A stretch of DNA of 63,184 nt, counting the filler. It is 12 parts of 12 records of this genome, joined end to end, with 100 filler letters (N's around TTAATTAATTAA, not from the genome) between each part and the next. Parts side by side here need not be neighbours in the genome. Positions count along the whole stretch, not along the records: positions 1 to 5,721 come from SRR11831586_245; positions 5,822 to 12,137 come from SRR11831586_249; 10 more parts are not named here. One strand, 5' to 3'. The notes beneath the pieces were generated by a model. The model did not search any database, was not told where the DNA came from, and was given only the letters and a program-made list of their open reading frames with translations. Below are positions 1-11,187 of this stretch, piece by piece; the first letter of the stretch is position 1, and every line of letters starts with the position of its first letter. A program made the translations under genes and the position numbers.

Positions 1-28
1 ACACTATCAATAAGTTGGAGTCATTACC
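1..28. mobile_element. IS1 terminal inverted repeat (element end; the rest lies outside the window)
   Basis: ACACTATCAATAAGTTGGAGTCATTACC is the reverse complement of the IS1 end GGTAATGACTCCAACTTATTGATAGTGT. Confidence 0.92.
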
Positions 29-43
29 GATTTGAGTAAGTAA
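29..43 (+). pseudogene. cpdB: Last four codons plus stop (DLSK*) of 2',3'-cyclic-nucleotide phosphodiesterase, cut off from the rest of the gene by IS1
   Basis: GAT TTG AGT AAG TAA matches the recalled CpdB C-terminus (...YQVDLSK*); cpdB is the convergent neighbour of ytfH in E. coli. Confidence 0.75.
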
Positions 44-57
44 AACACTTCTTTTTC

Positions 58-170
58 GGCCTATAAATCATCAACCGCATCCGGCATTTATTGGCGGATG
101 CGATGCTGGCGCATCTTATCCGCCCTACAAGCCATGCACCGTAGACCAGATAAGCTCAGCGCATCCGGCA
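58..170. repeat. REP/BIME cluster between cpdB and ytfH
   Basis: GCGGATGCGATGCTGGCGCATCTTATCCGCCCTAC plus inverted GTAG...GATAAG...GCATCCGGC units. Confidence 0.85.
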
Positions 171-171
171 G

Positions 172-552
172 TTATGCCGCACGTTCATCCCGCACCGCCA
201 ACACCTCGGGCAAATTCAACTCAATCCAGTCCGCCAGTGCAGCAACCTTTTCGCTCACCTGCTCGCCCAGCGGCGTGAGGCTATATTCCACATGCGGCGG
301 CACCACCGGATACGCGATACGGTTAAGAAAACCATCCTGTTCTAACGCCTGTAACGACTGCGCAAGCATCTTTTCACTCACCCCACCGATTTTGCGCCGC
401 AGGTCGCTAAAGCGATGAGTACCTTCGCGTAGCGCCACCAGAATCAACACCCCCCAACGGCTGGTGACGTGTTTCAACACCTCGCGCGACGGGCACTGTT
501 CCGCAAAGAGATTACCCTCTTTCAGTTGTTGCGACAGGCTAACCTGACTCAT
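172..552 (-). CDS. ytfH: HxlR/QorR-family winged-helix transcriptional regulator
   Basis: CPSREVLKHVTSRWG and YPVVPPHVEYSLT motifs; divergent from qorB; start taken at MSQVSL. Confidence 0.92.
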   Translation of the reverse strand: MSQVSLSQQLKEGNLFAEQCPSREVLKHVTSRWGVLILVALREGTHRFSDLRRKIGGVSEKMLAQSLQALEQDGFLNRIAYPVVPPHVEYSLTPLGEQVSEKVAALADWIELNLPEVLAVRDERAA

Positions 553-575
553 TTCATACTTACCTTTTTGTACGT

Positions 576-592
576 ACTTACTAAAAGTAAGT
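576..592. promoter_or_regulatory. Inverted repeat, probable YtfH operator
   Basis: ACTTACT-AAA-AGTAAGT perfect palindrome in the divergent ytfH/qorB intergenic region. Confidence 0.5.
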
Positions 593-640
593 TTAGGTGT
601 TAGCGTATTTAAACACAAGACAAAACGATGGAGACTTCCC

Positions 641-1501
641 ATGATCGCTATTACTGGTGCCACTGGCCAACTTGGTCACTATGTTATTGAATCCTTGATG
701 AAAACGGTTCCTGCCAGCCAAATAGTGGCTATCGTTCGTAATCCGGCAAAAGCCCAAGCCCTGGCAGCACAAGGCATTACCGTGCGTCAGGCTGACTACG
801 GCGATGAAGCCGCACTGACATCTGCACTTCAGGGAGTGGAAAAACTACTGCTGATCTCTTCCAGCGAAGTGGGTCAACGTGCCCCGCAGCATCGTAATGT
901 TATTAATGCCGCAAAGGCGGCTGGCGTGAAATTTATCGCTTATACCAGCCTGCTACATGCAGATACCTCCCCGCTCGGCCTCGCCGATGAGCACATCGAG
1001 ACGGAGAAAATGCTGGCTGATTCTGGCATCGTTTACACCCTGCTGCGCAACGGCTGGTACAGCGAAAACTACCTCGCCAGCGCCCCGGCAGCACTGGAAC
1101 ACGGCGTATTTATCGGTGCGGCGGGCGATGGCAAAATCGCCTCAGCAACGCGGGCAGATTATGCGGCAGCTGCGGCACGCGTGATTAGCGAAGCCGGTCA
1201 CGAAGACAAGGTTTACGAACTGGCGGGCGATAGTGCCTGGACGTTGACACAGTTAGCGGCAGAGCTGACCAAACAGAGCGGCAAACAGGTTACCTATCAA
1301 AATCTGAGCGAAGCCGATTTCGCCGCGGCACTGAAAAGCGTCGGACTGCCCGACGGACTGGCGGATATGCTGGCGGATTCTGACGTTGGCGCATCGAAAG
1401 GCGGTCTGTTTGATGACAGCAAAACACTTAGCAAATTGATTGGCCACCCAACGACAACGTTAGCCGAAAGCGTAAGCCATCTTTTTAATGTTAATAACTA
1501 G
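641..1501 (+). CDS. qorB: NAD(P)H:quinone oxidoreductase (NmrA-like)
   Basis: TGATGQLG Rossmann motif; 286 aa recognised as YtfG/QorB. Confidence 0.95.
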   Translation: MIAITGATGQLGHYVIESLMKTVPASQIVAIVRNPAKAQALAAQGITVRQADYGDEAALTSALQGVEKLLLISSSEVGQRAPQHRNVINAAKAAGVKFIAYTSLLHADTSPLGLADEHIETEKMLADSGIVYTLLRNGWYSENYLASAPAALEHGVFIGAAGDGKIASATRADYAAAAARVISEAGHEDKVYELAGDSAWTLTQLAAELTKQSGKQVTYQNLSEADFAAALKSVGLPDGLADMLADSDVGASKGGLFDDSKTLSKLIGHPTTTLAESVSHLFNVNN

Positions 1502-1608
1502 TTAATTAAAGTGGCATCCTCCCGCATCCTCTCTGATAATGACGGGATGCCGGGAGCAATCATGTCTGCTTCCTGAACTTTCTTCTGACAGATCAATGGA
1601 TGCCAGTA

Positions 1609-2574
1609 ATGATTAGCGGCGTGCTGTACGCCCTGTTAGCAGGGTTGATGTGGGGGCTTATTTTTGTCGGGCCGTTGATCGTGCCGGAATACCCGGCGAT
1701 GTTGCAGTCGATGGGGCGTTATCTGGCGTTAGGGTTAATTGCGCTGCCCATTGCCTGGCTGGGACGCGTGCGTCTGCGTCAGTTGGCGCGTCGCGACTGG
1801 CTTACCGCCTTGATGCTCACTATGATGGGCAACCTCATCTATTACTTCTGCCTTGCCAGTGCCATTCAACGTACTGGCGCGCCTGTTTCCACGATGATTA
1901 TCGGCACCCTGCCGGTGGTCATTCCTGTCTTTGCCAATCTGCTTTATAGCCAGCGCGACGGCAAACTCGCGTGGGGAAAACTCGCCCCAGCACTGATTTG
2001 TATTGGCATCGGCCTGGCGTGTGTGAATATTGCTGAGTTAAACCACGGACTCCCCGATTTTGACTGGGCACGTTATACCTCTGGCATCGTGCTGGCGTTA
2101 GTTTCCGTGGTCTGCTGGGCGTGGTATGCCCTGCGCAACGCCCGCTGGCTGCGGGAAAATCCCGACAAACATCCGATGATGTGGGCAACAGCGCAGGCGC
2201 TGGTCACACTGCCGGTTTCACTTATCGGCTATCTCGTCGCTTGTTACTGGCTGAATACGCAAACGCCGGACTTCTCCCTACCCTTTGGCCCCCGTCCGCT
2301 GGTGTTTATTAGTCTGATGGTTGCGATAGCCGTGCTTTGCTCATGGGTTGGCGCACTCTGCTGGAACGTCGCCAGCCAGCTATTACCGACAGTGATTCTC
2401 GGGCCGCTGATTGTTTTCGAAACGCTGGCAGGTTTGCTGTACACCTTTTTACTCCGCCAGCAAATGCCGCCGCTAATGACGCTGAGCGGTATCGCGCTGT
2501 TAGTGATTGGCGTGGTCATCGCGGTCAGAGCAAAACCAGAAAAACCTTTAACTGAATCTGTCTCAGAAAGTTGA
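1609..2574 (+). CDS. ytfF: DMT/EamA-family inner membrane transporter
   Basis: Highly hydrophobic multi-pass protein; E. coli synteny. Confidence 0.92.
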   Translation: MISGVLYALLAGLMWGLIFVGPLIVPEYPAMLQSMGRYLALGLIALPIAWLGRVRLRQLARRDWLTALMLTMMGNLIYYFCLASAIQRTGAPVSTMIIGTLPVVIPVFANLLYSQRDGKLAWGKLAPALICIGIGLACVNIAELNHGLPDFDWARYTSGIVLALVSVVCWAWYALRNARWLRENPDKHPMMWATAQALVTLPVSLIGYLVACYWLNTQTPDFSLPFGPRPLVFISLMVAIAVLCSWVGALCWNVASQLLPTVILGPLIVFETLAGLLYTFLLRQQMPPLMTLSGIALLVIGVVIAVRAKPEKPLTESVSES

Positions 2575-2632
2575 CACGCTGGCAGTGAGTTAAATAAGCC
2601 TCTGCTACGTAAGGGTTATAGCTTTTGCCTTA

Positions 2633-2655
2633 AAGATGCATTTAAAATACATCTT
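2633..2655. promoter_or_regulatory. NsrR operator upstream of ytfE
   Basis: AAGATGCATTTAAAATACATCTT fits the NsrR inverted repeat; ytfE is a known NsrR target. Confidence 0.85.
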
Positions 2656-2681
2656 ATCTTATTAAGAATGAGGTATCAGCT

Positions 2682-3344
2682 ATGGCTTATCGCGACCAAC
2701 CTTTAGGTGAACTGGCGCTCTCTATTCCTCGCGCTTCAGCTCTGTTTCGTAAATATGATATGGATTACTGCTGTGGCGGTAAGCAGACGCTGGCGCGCGC
2801 GGCGGCACGTAAAGAACTGGATGTTGAGGTCATTGAAGCTGAACTGGCAAAGCTCGCTGAACAACCGATTGAGAAAGACTGGCGTAGCGCCCCGCTGGCA
2901 GAAATCATCGACCATATCATCGTGCGCTACCACGATCGTCACCGCGAGCAACTGCCGGAGCTGATTCTGCAAGCGACTAAAGTCGAGCGCGTTCACGCCG
3001 ACAAACCGAGCGTGCCAAAAGGGCTGACAAAATACCTGACCATGCTGCATGAAGAGCTTTCCAGCCACATGATGAAAGAAGAGCAGATCCTCTTCCCGAT
3101 GATCAAACAAGGCATGGGCAGCCAGGCAATGGGGCCAATCAGCGTAATGGAAAGCGAGCACGATGAAGCGGGCGAACTGCTGGAAGTGATTAAACACACC
3201 ACCAATAACGTCACACCGCCGCCAGAAGCCTGCACCACCTGGAAAGCGATGTATAACGGCATTAATGAACTGATTGATGACCTGATGGATCACATCAGTC
3301 TGGAAAACAATGTACTGTTCCCACGCGCGCTGGCGGGTGAGTGA
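2682..3344 (+). CDS. ytfE: Di-iron repair-of-iron-centres protein
   Basis: DYCCGG motif and hemerythrin-like HMMKEE, EH and HISLENN motifs. Confidence 0.97.
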   Translation: MAYRDQPLGELALSIPRASALFRKYDMDYCCGGKQTLARAAARKELDVEVIEAELAKLAEQPIEKDWRSAPLAEIIDHIIVRYHDRHREQLPELILQATKVERVHADKPSVPKGLTKYLTMLHEELSSHMMKEEQILFPMIKQGMGSQAMGPISVMESEHDEAGELLEVIKHTTNNVTPPPEACTTWKAMYNGINELIDDLMDHISLENNVLFPRALAGE

Positions 3345-3388
3345 TCTAAAAGCTGGATGGCATTGCGCCATCCAGCATGATAATGCGG

Positions 3389-4801
3389 TTATTTCCGCAG
3401 TTCAGCAGCCCGCTTCTTACCAATAAACAGCCAGCCCAACCCCAGCGCGATAAACCACAGCGGGGTAACCAGCAGCGCCTGGCGAGTGTCATCTTCCAGT
3501 GTCAGCAACACGACCACGAACACAAAGAACGCCATACATACCCAGCACATCAGCTTGCCGAGCGGCATCTTGTAGATCGACTTCTCATGTAGATGAGGAC
3601 GCTGTTTGCGATACACAAGGTACGAGCAAAGGATAATCGTCCAGACGAACATAAACAGAATCGCGGAAACGGTTGTAATCATCGTGAACGCGCCAATCAC
3701 ACTAGGATTCACATACAACATCACCACGCCGCCGAGCAGACAGATACACGAGAACGTCAGCCCTTTCGCGGGTACTGCGCGCTTAGAAAGTTTAGCGAAC
3801 GCTTTCGGTGCCACACCTTCCTGCGCCAGACCAAACAGCATACGGCTGGTAGAGAAGACGCCGCTGTTAGCGGAAGACGCCGCAGAGGTCAGCACCACAA
3901 AGTTGATCACGCTTGCGGCAGCAGGCAGCCCTACCAACACGAACAGTTCAACAAACGGGCTTTTCTCCGGGACTACCGAACTCCACGGCGTCACGGACAT
4001 AATCACAATCAGCGCGAAGACGTAGAACATAATGATACGGATCGGAATGGAGTTAATCGCGCGTGGCAGTGATTTCTCTGGATCTTTGGTTTCCGCAGCT
4101 GTTGTACCTACCAGCTCAATCCCCACGAAAGCGAAAACCGCTATCTGGAATCCGGCAAAGAAGCCACTTAAACCTTTCGGGAACCAGCCGCCGTCATTCC
4201 ACAAATGCGCGAATGACGCTTCCACACCAGTCGGTGACTGAAAGTGCATCGCCACCATGACCAGGCCGACGACAATCAGCGACACAATGGCGACGATTTT
4301 GATCATCGCAAACCAGAACTCCATCTCACCGAACATTTTCACGGTGGCGAGATTGAGCGTCAGCAGCAGCACTATCACCGCCAGCGAGGCGACCCAGTCG
4401 GAGAGATCGGGGAACCAGAACTGAGCATAAGCCGTGATCGCCACCACGTCTGCCATACCGGTTACAACCCAGCAGAACCAGTAAGTCCAGCCGGTGAAAT
4501 ATCCTGCCCACGGCCCGAGTAAATCGGAAGCGAAGTCACTAAAAGATTTGTATTCCAGATTCGAAAGCAGCAATTCCCCCATTGCCCGCATCACGAAAAA
4601 GAGCATAAAACCAATGATCATATAAACGAAAATGATCGACGGCCCGGCAAGGCTAATCGTTTTGCCAGACCCCATAAACAACCCCGTACCAATGGCACCG
4701 CCAATGGCAATAAGCTGAATATGTCGGTTTGTGAGATTGCGCCGTAGCGACTGTTCAGCCGGAGCCTGATCATCGGCAACGACTTTTACCTGATCTACCA
4801 T
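3389..4801 (-). CDS. cycA: D-serine/D-alanine/glycine APC permease
   Basis: RHIQLIAIGGAIGTGLF APC motif, 470 aa. Confidence 0.97.
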   Translation of the reverse strand: MVDQVKVVADDQAPAEQSLRRNLTNRHIQLIAIGGAIGTGLFMGSGKTISLAGPSIIFVYMIIGFMLFFVMRAMGELLLSNLEYKSFSDFASDLLGPWAGYFTGWTYWFCWVVTGMADVVAITAYAQFWFPDLSDWVASLAVIVLLLTLNLATVKMFGEMEFWFAMIKIVAIVSLIVVGLVMVAMHFQSPTGVEASFAHLWNDGGWFPKGLSGFFAGFQIAVFAFVGIELVGTTAAETKDPEKSLPRAINSIPIRIIMFYVFALIVIMSVTPWSSVVPEKSPFVELFVLVGLPAAASVINFVVLTSAASSANSGVFSTSRMLFGLAQEGVAPKAFAKLSKRAVPAKGLTFSCICLLGGVVMLYVNPSVIGAFTMITTVSAILFMFVWTIILCSYLVYRKQRPHLHEKSIYKMPLGKLMCWVCMAFFVFVVVLLTLEDDTRQALLVTPLWFIALGLGWLFIGKKRAAELRK

Positions 4802-5108
4802 GTTTTTTCTTCCTGTACCTGTCTGTGTTGTTCAGGCTCTACGGCCTTTAGTCAGTCTATGATACGACGAATCTGTATCGGGACTCATCGATATTAGGTA
4901 ACAATACGCGGGATGAATACTAAGATTTAGATCTAATGTTAATTTTATGTTTAAAGTGAGTGTCATATCACGGTGATAACGCGAAACAGCTCACAAAAAT
5001 ACACGCTTACGGGGTCTTTGCAACACAAAATAGCGCCGTTTGGCAAACTGAAGGGTTTATTGCTGAATGCCTGCTCCCCTCTCGTTCGAGGGGAACAGAA
5101 TGCGCTGC

Positions 5109-5721
5109 TTAGAGGATTTCCAGCAGTTCGACTTCAAACACCAGGGTGCTGAACGGAGGGATGGATGCGCCTGCGCCGCGCTCGCCATATGCCAGTTCCT
5201 GCGGGATAGTCAGTTCCCATTTAGAACCTACCGGCATCAGAGTCAGTGCTTCAATCCAGCCAGGGATCACGCCATTAACCGGGAATTCAGCGGGTTCACC
5301 ACGAGCAACGGAGCTGTCAAACACGGTGCCGTCGATCAGTTTACCGGTGTAATGAACACGAACGCGGTCGGTACGTGCCGGAATTGCGCCTTCACCCTGG
5401 TTGATCACGCGGAATTGCAGGCCAGATTCGGTGCTATTCACACCTTCTTTTTTGGCGTTTTCTTCCAGGTATTTCACACCTTCAGCAGCCATCGCCTGGA
5501 AACGCTGACGACGAACGGCATCGGCGCGCTCGTGGATTTCACGCAGCGCGCGATGCACCACATCAACCGGAACAGCCGGATGTTTGCCTTCCAGCGCATC
5601 GGCAATACCTGCAACCAGTGCTTCTGGCAGCAGCCCTTCCAGGCCAGATTCACTCAGTTGTTGCCCTACCTGCAAACCAATGCCGTAGCTTGCTTGCGCT
5701 TCGATGGTGTCAAAAGTTGGG
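5109..5721 (-). CDS. fklB: FKBP-type peptidyl-prolyl isomerase FKBP22 (first few codons lost at contig end)
   Basis: [16 protein letters not shown]...VIPGW...ELAYG FKBP motifs. Confidence 0.95.
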
Positions 5722-5821
5722 NNNNNNNNNNNNNNNNNNNNNNNNNNNNNNNNNNNNNNNNNNNNTTAATTAATTAANNNNNNNNNNNNNNNNNNNNNNN
5801 NNNNNNNNNNNNNNNNNNNNN
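5722..5821. other. Artificial contig spacer (N44-TTAATTAATTAA-N44)
   Basis: Seen directly; flanks are non-adjacent E. coli loci. Confidence 0.99.
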
Positions 5822-6300
5822 TGAGCATCAGCGGTCAGGCGGGTAAAGAATACACCAATATTGGTGTCGGTTTTGGGACTGAAACGACGGGCCTGGCGTT
5901 AAGCGGTAACTGGACACATAACGACGACGACGGTGATGTCGCTGGCGTGGGGCTGGGGTTGAATCTGCCTCTCGGGCCGTTAATGGCGACCGTTGGCGGA
6001 AAAGGCGTTTACACCAACCCGAATTACGGCGATGAAGGTTATGCCGCAGCGGTAGGAGGTGGTTTGCAGTGGAAAATTGGCAACAGCTTCCGTTTGTTTG
6101 GCGAGTATTACTACTCTCCGGATTCGCTCTCCAGCGGTATTCAAAGTTATGAAGAAGCGAATGCTGGCGCGCGTTACACCATTATGCGTCCAGTCAGTAT
6201 TGAGGCGGGTTATCGCTACCTGAATCTGTCGGGTAAAGACGGTAACCGCGACAACGCCGTGGCTGACGGCCCGTATGTTGGGGTTAACGCCAGTTTCTGA
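5822..6300 (+). CDS. yfaZ: YfaZ outer-membrane beta-barrel protein (5' partial)
   Basis: Beta-barrel pattern ending GPYVGVNASF; synteny with yfaY. Confidence 0.88.
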
Positions 6301-6399
6301 TCCCTTCCGGCGCGGCATTCTGTCGCGCCATTCAGTTTCTTACTACGCCTTATCTCCCTTTGCGTTATAGTGATTCGATAACAAAAGCAGGAGATAACC

Positions 6400-7602
6400 A
6401 TGTTAAAAGTGGAAATGTTATCCACCGGGGATGAAGTGTTACACGGGCAAATCGTTGACACTAACGCTGCCTGGCTGGCCGATTTTTTCTTTCATCAGGG
6501 GTTGCCATTATCTCGCCGCAATACGGTGGGGGATAACCTTGATGACTTAGTCACCATTCTTCGCGAACGTAGTCAGCACGCCGATGTGCTGATCGTTAAC
6601 GGCGGGCTGGGACCGACCAGCGATGATTTAAGCGCACTCGCCGCTGCGACAGCAAAAGGTGAAGGCCTGGTGCTGCATGAAGCCTGGCTCAAAGAGATGG
6701 AACGCTATTTCCACGAACGTGGACGAGTAATGGCACCGAGCAACCGTAAACAAGCGGAGCTGCCTGCCAGTGCTGAATTTATCAATAACCCGGTAGGCAC
6801 CGCCTGTGGTTTTGCCGTGCAGCTTAATCGTTGCCTGATGTTCTTTACTCCCGGCGTACCGTCAGAATTTAAGGTGATGGTCGAGCACGAAATCCTGCCG
6901 CGCCTGCGCGAGCGTTTTTCTTTACCGCAGCCGCCGGTTTGTCTGCGTTTGACTACTTTTGGTCGTTCGGAAAGCGATCTGGCACAAAGCCTGGACACTC
7001 TACAACTGCCGCCGGGCGTAACAATGGGCTATCGCTCCTCAATGCCTATCATCGAACTGAAACTCACCGGACCGGCAAGCGAGCAACAGGCGATGGAAAA
7101 ACTGTGGCTGGATGTTAAACGTGTTGCCGGACAGAGCGTGATTTTCGAAGGCACTGAAGGACTGCCCGCGCAGATCAGTCGCGAATTGCAAAACCGCCAG
7201 TTCAGCCTGACGTTGAGCGAGCAATTCACCGGTGGTTTATTGGCTTTGCAACTTTCTCGCGCAGGTGCTCCATTGCTGGCGTGTGAAGTGGTTCCTTCAC
7301 AGGAGGAAACCCTGGCGCAAACTGCGCACTGGATTACAGAACGGCGGGCCAACCATTTTGCCGGGCTGGCACTGGCTGTTTCGGGTTTCGAGAACGAGCA
7401 TCTCAACTTTGCGCTAGCCACGCCAGACGGCACTTTCGCTCTGCGTGTGCGTTTCAGCACTACGCGCTACAGCCTGGCTATCCGTCAGGAAGTGTGCGCA
7501 ATGATGGCACTGAATATGCTGCGCCGTTGGTTAAACGGCCAGGATATCGCCAGTGAGCATGGCTGGATTGAGGTTGTTGAGTCCATGACCTTATCTGTCT
7601 GA
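6400..7602 (+). CDS. yfaY: CinA-like protein (MoCF-like domain plus NMN deamidase-like domain)
   Basis: GDEVLHGQIVDTN and GGLGPTSDD motifs. Confidence 0.93.
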   Translation: MLKVEMLSTGDEVLHGQIVDTNAAWLADFFFHQGLPLSRRNTVGDNLDDLVTILRERSQHADVLIVNGGLGPTSDDLSALAAATAKGEGLVLHEAWLKEMERYFHERGRVMAPSNRKQAELPASAEFINNPVGTACGFAVQLNRCLMFFTPGVPSEFKVMVEHEILPRLRERFSLPQPPVCLRLTTFGRSESDLAQSLDTLQLPPGVTMGYRSSMPIIELKLTGPASEQQAMEKLWLDVKRVAGQSVIFEGTEGLPAQISRELQNRQFSLTLSEQFTGGLLALQLSRAGAPLLACEVVPSQEETLAQTAHWITERRANHFAGLALAVSGFENEHLNFALATPDGTFALRVRFSTTRYSLAIRQEVCAMMALNMLRRWLNGQDIASEHGWIEVVESMTLSV

Positions 7603-7821
7603 TTCCGCCACTCTGTGCCGGTTTACTGCACCGGCACATTCCCCCTCCGGCAAAATTTGTCCAACCTGTTGTACTCAATAAGAAAAAATCCGTGCGCTGA
7701 TTCACAAATTTGTGCGTAATTTCTCCAGTCTGCTGGACGAGGAGCGGGATTTGATGCGCTTCACAATTTTACTCCCCCTGAGCAACGAGACTGATTCCAG
7801 TATCTAAGACTGGAGTCCAGT

Positions 7822-8604
7822 ATGTTGGAATCAAGCAAAGTTCCCGCCCTGACACGGGCTATTGATATTCTCAATTTGATTGCCCGCATTGGCCCCTGTA
7901 GTGCTGCGACGATCATTGACACATTGGGAATCCCTAAAAGCACGGCCTATTTGCTGCTTAATGAACTCAGGCGTCAGCGTTTTCTTAGCCTTGATCACCA
8001 GGAAAATTTTTGTTTGTGGACCAGGCTGGTGGAGCTTTCCGGTCATGCGTTAAGCAAGATGGATCTCCGGGAACTGGCTCGACCGCGTTTGACGCAACTG
8101 ATGGATACCACCGGGCTGTTATGTCACCTGGGGATTATTGATAACGGCAGCGCTTATTACATTTTGAAAGTGGAGTCATCAGCCACTATCAGCGTGCGTT
8201 CCCATGAAGGAAAAAGCCTTTCGCTTTATCGCTCCGGAATAGGTAAATGCCTGCTTGCCTGGCAACCTGCAGCGGTACAGCAAAGTATTATCGAAGGGCT
8301 GGTCTGGGAGCAGGCGACACCCACAACGATTACTCATCCACAGCAACTTCACGAAGAACTGGCGCGTATTCGCCGTCAGGGCTGGAGCTATGACAACGGC
8401 GAAGATTACGCCGATGTCCGTTGTGTCGCTGCGCCGGTGTTTAACGCCAATAACGAGCTTACCGCTGCGATCTCGGTGGTCGGTACCCGCTTACAAATCA
8501 ATGAAGAATACCGTGATTATCTGGCGGGCAAGGCCATTGCCTGCGCCAGGGATATTTCACGTCTGTTGGGATGGAAAAGTCCCTTTGACTTACAAGCCTC
8601 ATAA
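7822..8604 (+). CDS. rhmR: IclR-family regulator of rhamnonate catabolism
   Basis: IclR HTH and C-terminal CVAAPVF motif. Confidence 0.93.
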
Positions 8605-8618
8605 CAATGGAGAACATC

Positions 8619-9824
8619 ATGACCCTACCAAAAATTAAACAGGTTCGCGCCTGGTTTACTGGCGGTGCGACAGCAGAAAAAGGCGCTGGCGGCGGTGATT
8701 ATCACGACCAGGGGGCGAATCACTGGATAGACGATCATATTGCCACCCCGATGAGTAAATACCGCGATTACGAGCAGTCACGCCAGTCATTTGGCATTAA
8801 CGTTCTTGGCACGTTGGTTGTTGAAGTCGAAGCAGAAAACGGCCAGACCGGATTCGCCGTTTCGACAGCCGGTGAAATGGGCTGTTTTATTGTCGAAAAA
8901 CATCTTAACCGTTTCATTGAGGGTAAATGTGTCAGTGATATCAAACTGATCCACGATCAAATGCTCAGTGCCACCCTGTATTACTCCGGCTCTGGTGGCC
9001 TGGTGATGAATACGATTTCTTGTGTCGATCTGGCTCTGTGGGATCTGTTCGGCAAAGTGGTCGGGCTTCCGGTTTATAAACTTTTAGGCGGCGCTGTTCG
9101 TGATGAGATTCAGTTCTACGCCACAGGTGCGCGTCCGGATCTGGCAAAAGAGATGGGCTTTATCGGTGGCAAAATGCCGACGCACTGGGGGCCACATGAT
9201 GGCGATGCGGGGATCCGCAAAGATGCCGCTATGGTCGCGGATATGCGTGAAAAATGCGGTGAGGATTTCTGGTTAATGCTCGACTGCTGGATGAGTCAGG
9301 ACGTGAACTATGCGACCAAACTGGCCCACGCTTGCGCGCCCTATAACCTGAAATGGATCGAAGAGTGCCTGCCGCCACAGCAGTATGAAAGTTATCGCGA
9401 ACTGAAACGCAACGCGCCAGTCGGAATGATGGTCACCAGCGGTGAGCACCACGGCACACTGCAATCTTTTCGTACGCTTTCAGAAACCGGTATCGACATT
9501 ATGCAGCCGGATGTTGGCTGGTGCGGTGGTTTAACCACGCTGGTGGAAATTGCCGCAATCGCCAAATCCAGGGGGCAACTGGTGGTGCCGCACGGTTCGT
9601 CTGTTTACTCTCACCATGCGGTGATCACCTTCACCAATACGCCATTCAGCGAATTCCTGATGACCAGCCCGGATTGTTCAACGATGCGTCCGCAGTTTGA
9701 CCCGATTCTGCTCAATGAGCCGGTTCCGGTGAATGGTCGTATTCATAAATCAGTGCTTGATAAACCCGGTTTTGGCGTCGAACTCAATCGTGACTGCAAT
9801 TTGAAACGCCCCTACAGCCACTAA
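8619..9824 (+). CDS. rhmD: L-rhamnonate dehydratase (enolase superfamily)
   Basis: Recognised sequence with LDCWM, WIEE and GEH metal ligands; GGAG RBS. Confidence 0.95.
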
Positions 9825-9880
9825 TCACTCCGGGCGTTGCTGTGACAACGGTAACGCCCACATATTCTAAGGAGCTTTTT

Positions 9881-11170
9881 ATGAGCACCGCTTTGCTTGA
9901 CGCCGTGGTGAAGAAAAACCGTGTGCGTTTAATTCCGTTTATGTTGGCGCTGTATGTGCTGGCGTTTCTCGACCGTTCGAATATCGGTTTTGCCAAACAG
10001 ACCTACCAGATTGATACCGGGTTGAGTAATGAAGCTTATGCGCTGGGAGCAGGCATTTTCTTTGTGGTATATGCGTTTCTGGGTGTTCCGGCGAATCTTT
10101 TGATGCGCAAACTGGGGGCCAGAACCTGGATTGGTACGACAACACTGCTGTGGGGATTTCTTTCGGCAGCCATGGCATGGGCCGATACTGAAGCGAAATT
10201 TCTGATAGTTCGCACTCTGCTTCGTGCTGCGGAGGCCGGATTTTTCCCTGGTATGATTTATCTCACCTCGCAATGGTTTCCGCAGCGTAATCGCGCCAGC
10301 ATTATGGGGCTGTTCTATATGGGCGCACCGCTGGCGTTAACACTGGGATCACCGCTTTCCGGCGCGCTGTTGGAGATGCATGGATTTATGGGGCATCCCG
10401 GCTGGTTCTGGATGTTTGTGATTGAAGGATTGTTGGCAGTCGGTGCTGGGGTATTCACATTCTTTTGGCTTGATGACACACCGGAGCAGGCACGTTTTCT
10501 GAGTAAACAAGAAAAAACGTTGCTTATCAATCAACTGGCAAGTGAAGAACAACAGAAAGTGACTTCTCGGCTGAGCGATGCGCTGCGTAATGGCCGAGTC
10601 TGGCAACTAGCGATTATCTACCTGACCATTCAGGTGGCGGTTTACGGATTAATTTTCTTCCTGCCGACCCAGGTTGCGGCATTGCTGGGAACAAAAGTGG
10701 GCTTTACAGCGTCGGTGGTCACCGCCATTCCGTGGGTTGCGGCCTTGTTTGGGACCTGGCTTATTCCGCGCTATTCCGATAAAACCGGCGAACGGCGTAA
10801 TGTCGCAGCGCTGACATTACTGGCGGCGGGCATTGGTATTGGTCTGTCCGGGCTGCTTTCTCCAGTAATGGCGATCGTAGCGCTGTGTGTTGCAGCTATC
10901 GGGTTTATTGCCGTGCAGCCAGTGTTCTGGACGATGCCGACACAACTGCTTTCCGGTACGGCGCTGGCTGCGGGAATTGGTTTTGTAAACCTGTTTGGTG
11001 CAGTGGGCGGGTTTATTGCCCCGATCCTGCGCGTGAAAGCAGAAACGTTATTTGCCAGCGATGCGGCGGGATTACTGACGCTGGCAGCGGTGGCGGTCAT
11101 CGGTTCGCTGATTATTTTCACTCTGCGTGTAAATCGCACTGTTGCGCAGACCGACGTGGCACATCATTAA
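9881..11170 (+). CDS. rhmT: MFS (ACS family) L-rhamnonate transporter
   Basis: FLDRSNIG and EAGFFPG motifs; operon context. Confidence 0.93.
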
Positions 11171-11187
11171 ATAGGTTAAGGAACACG

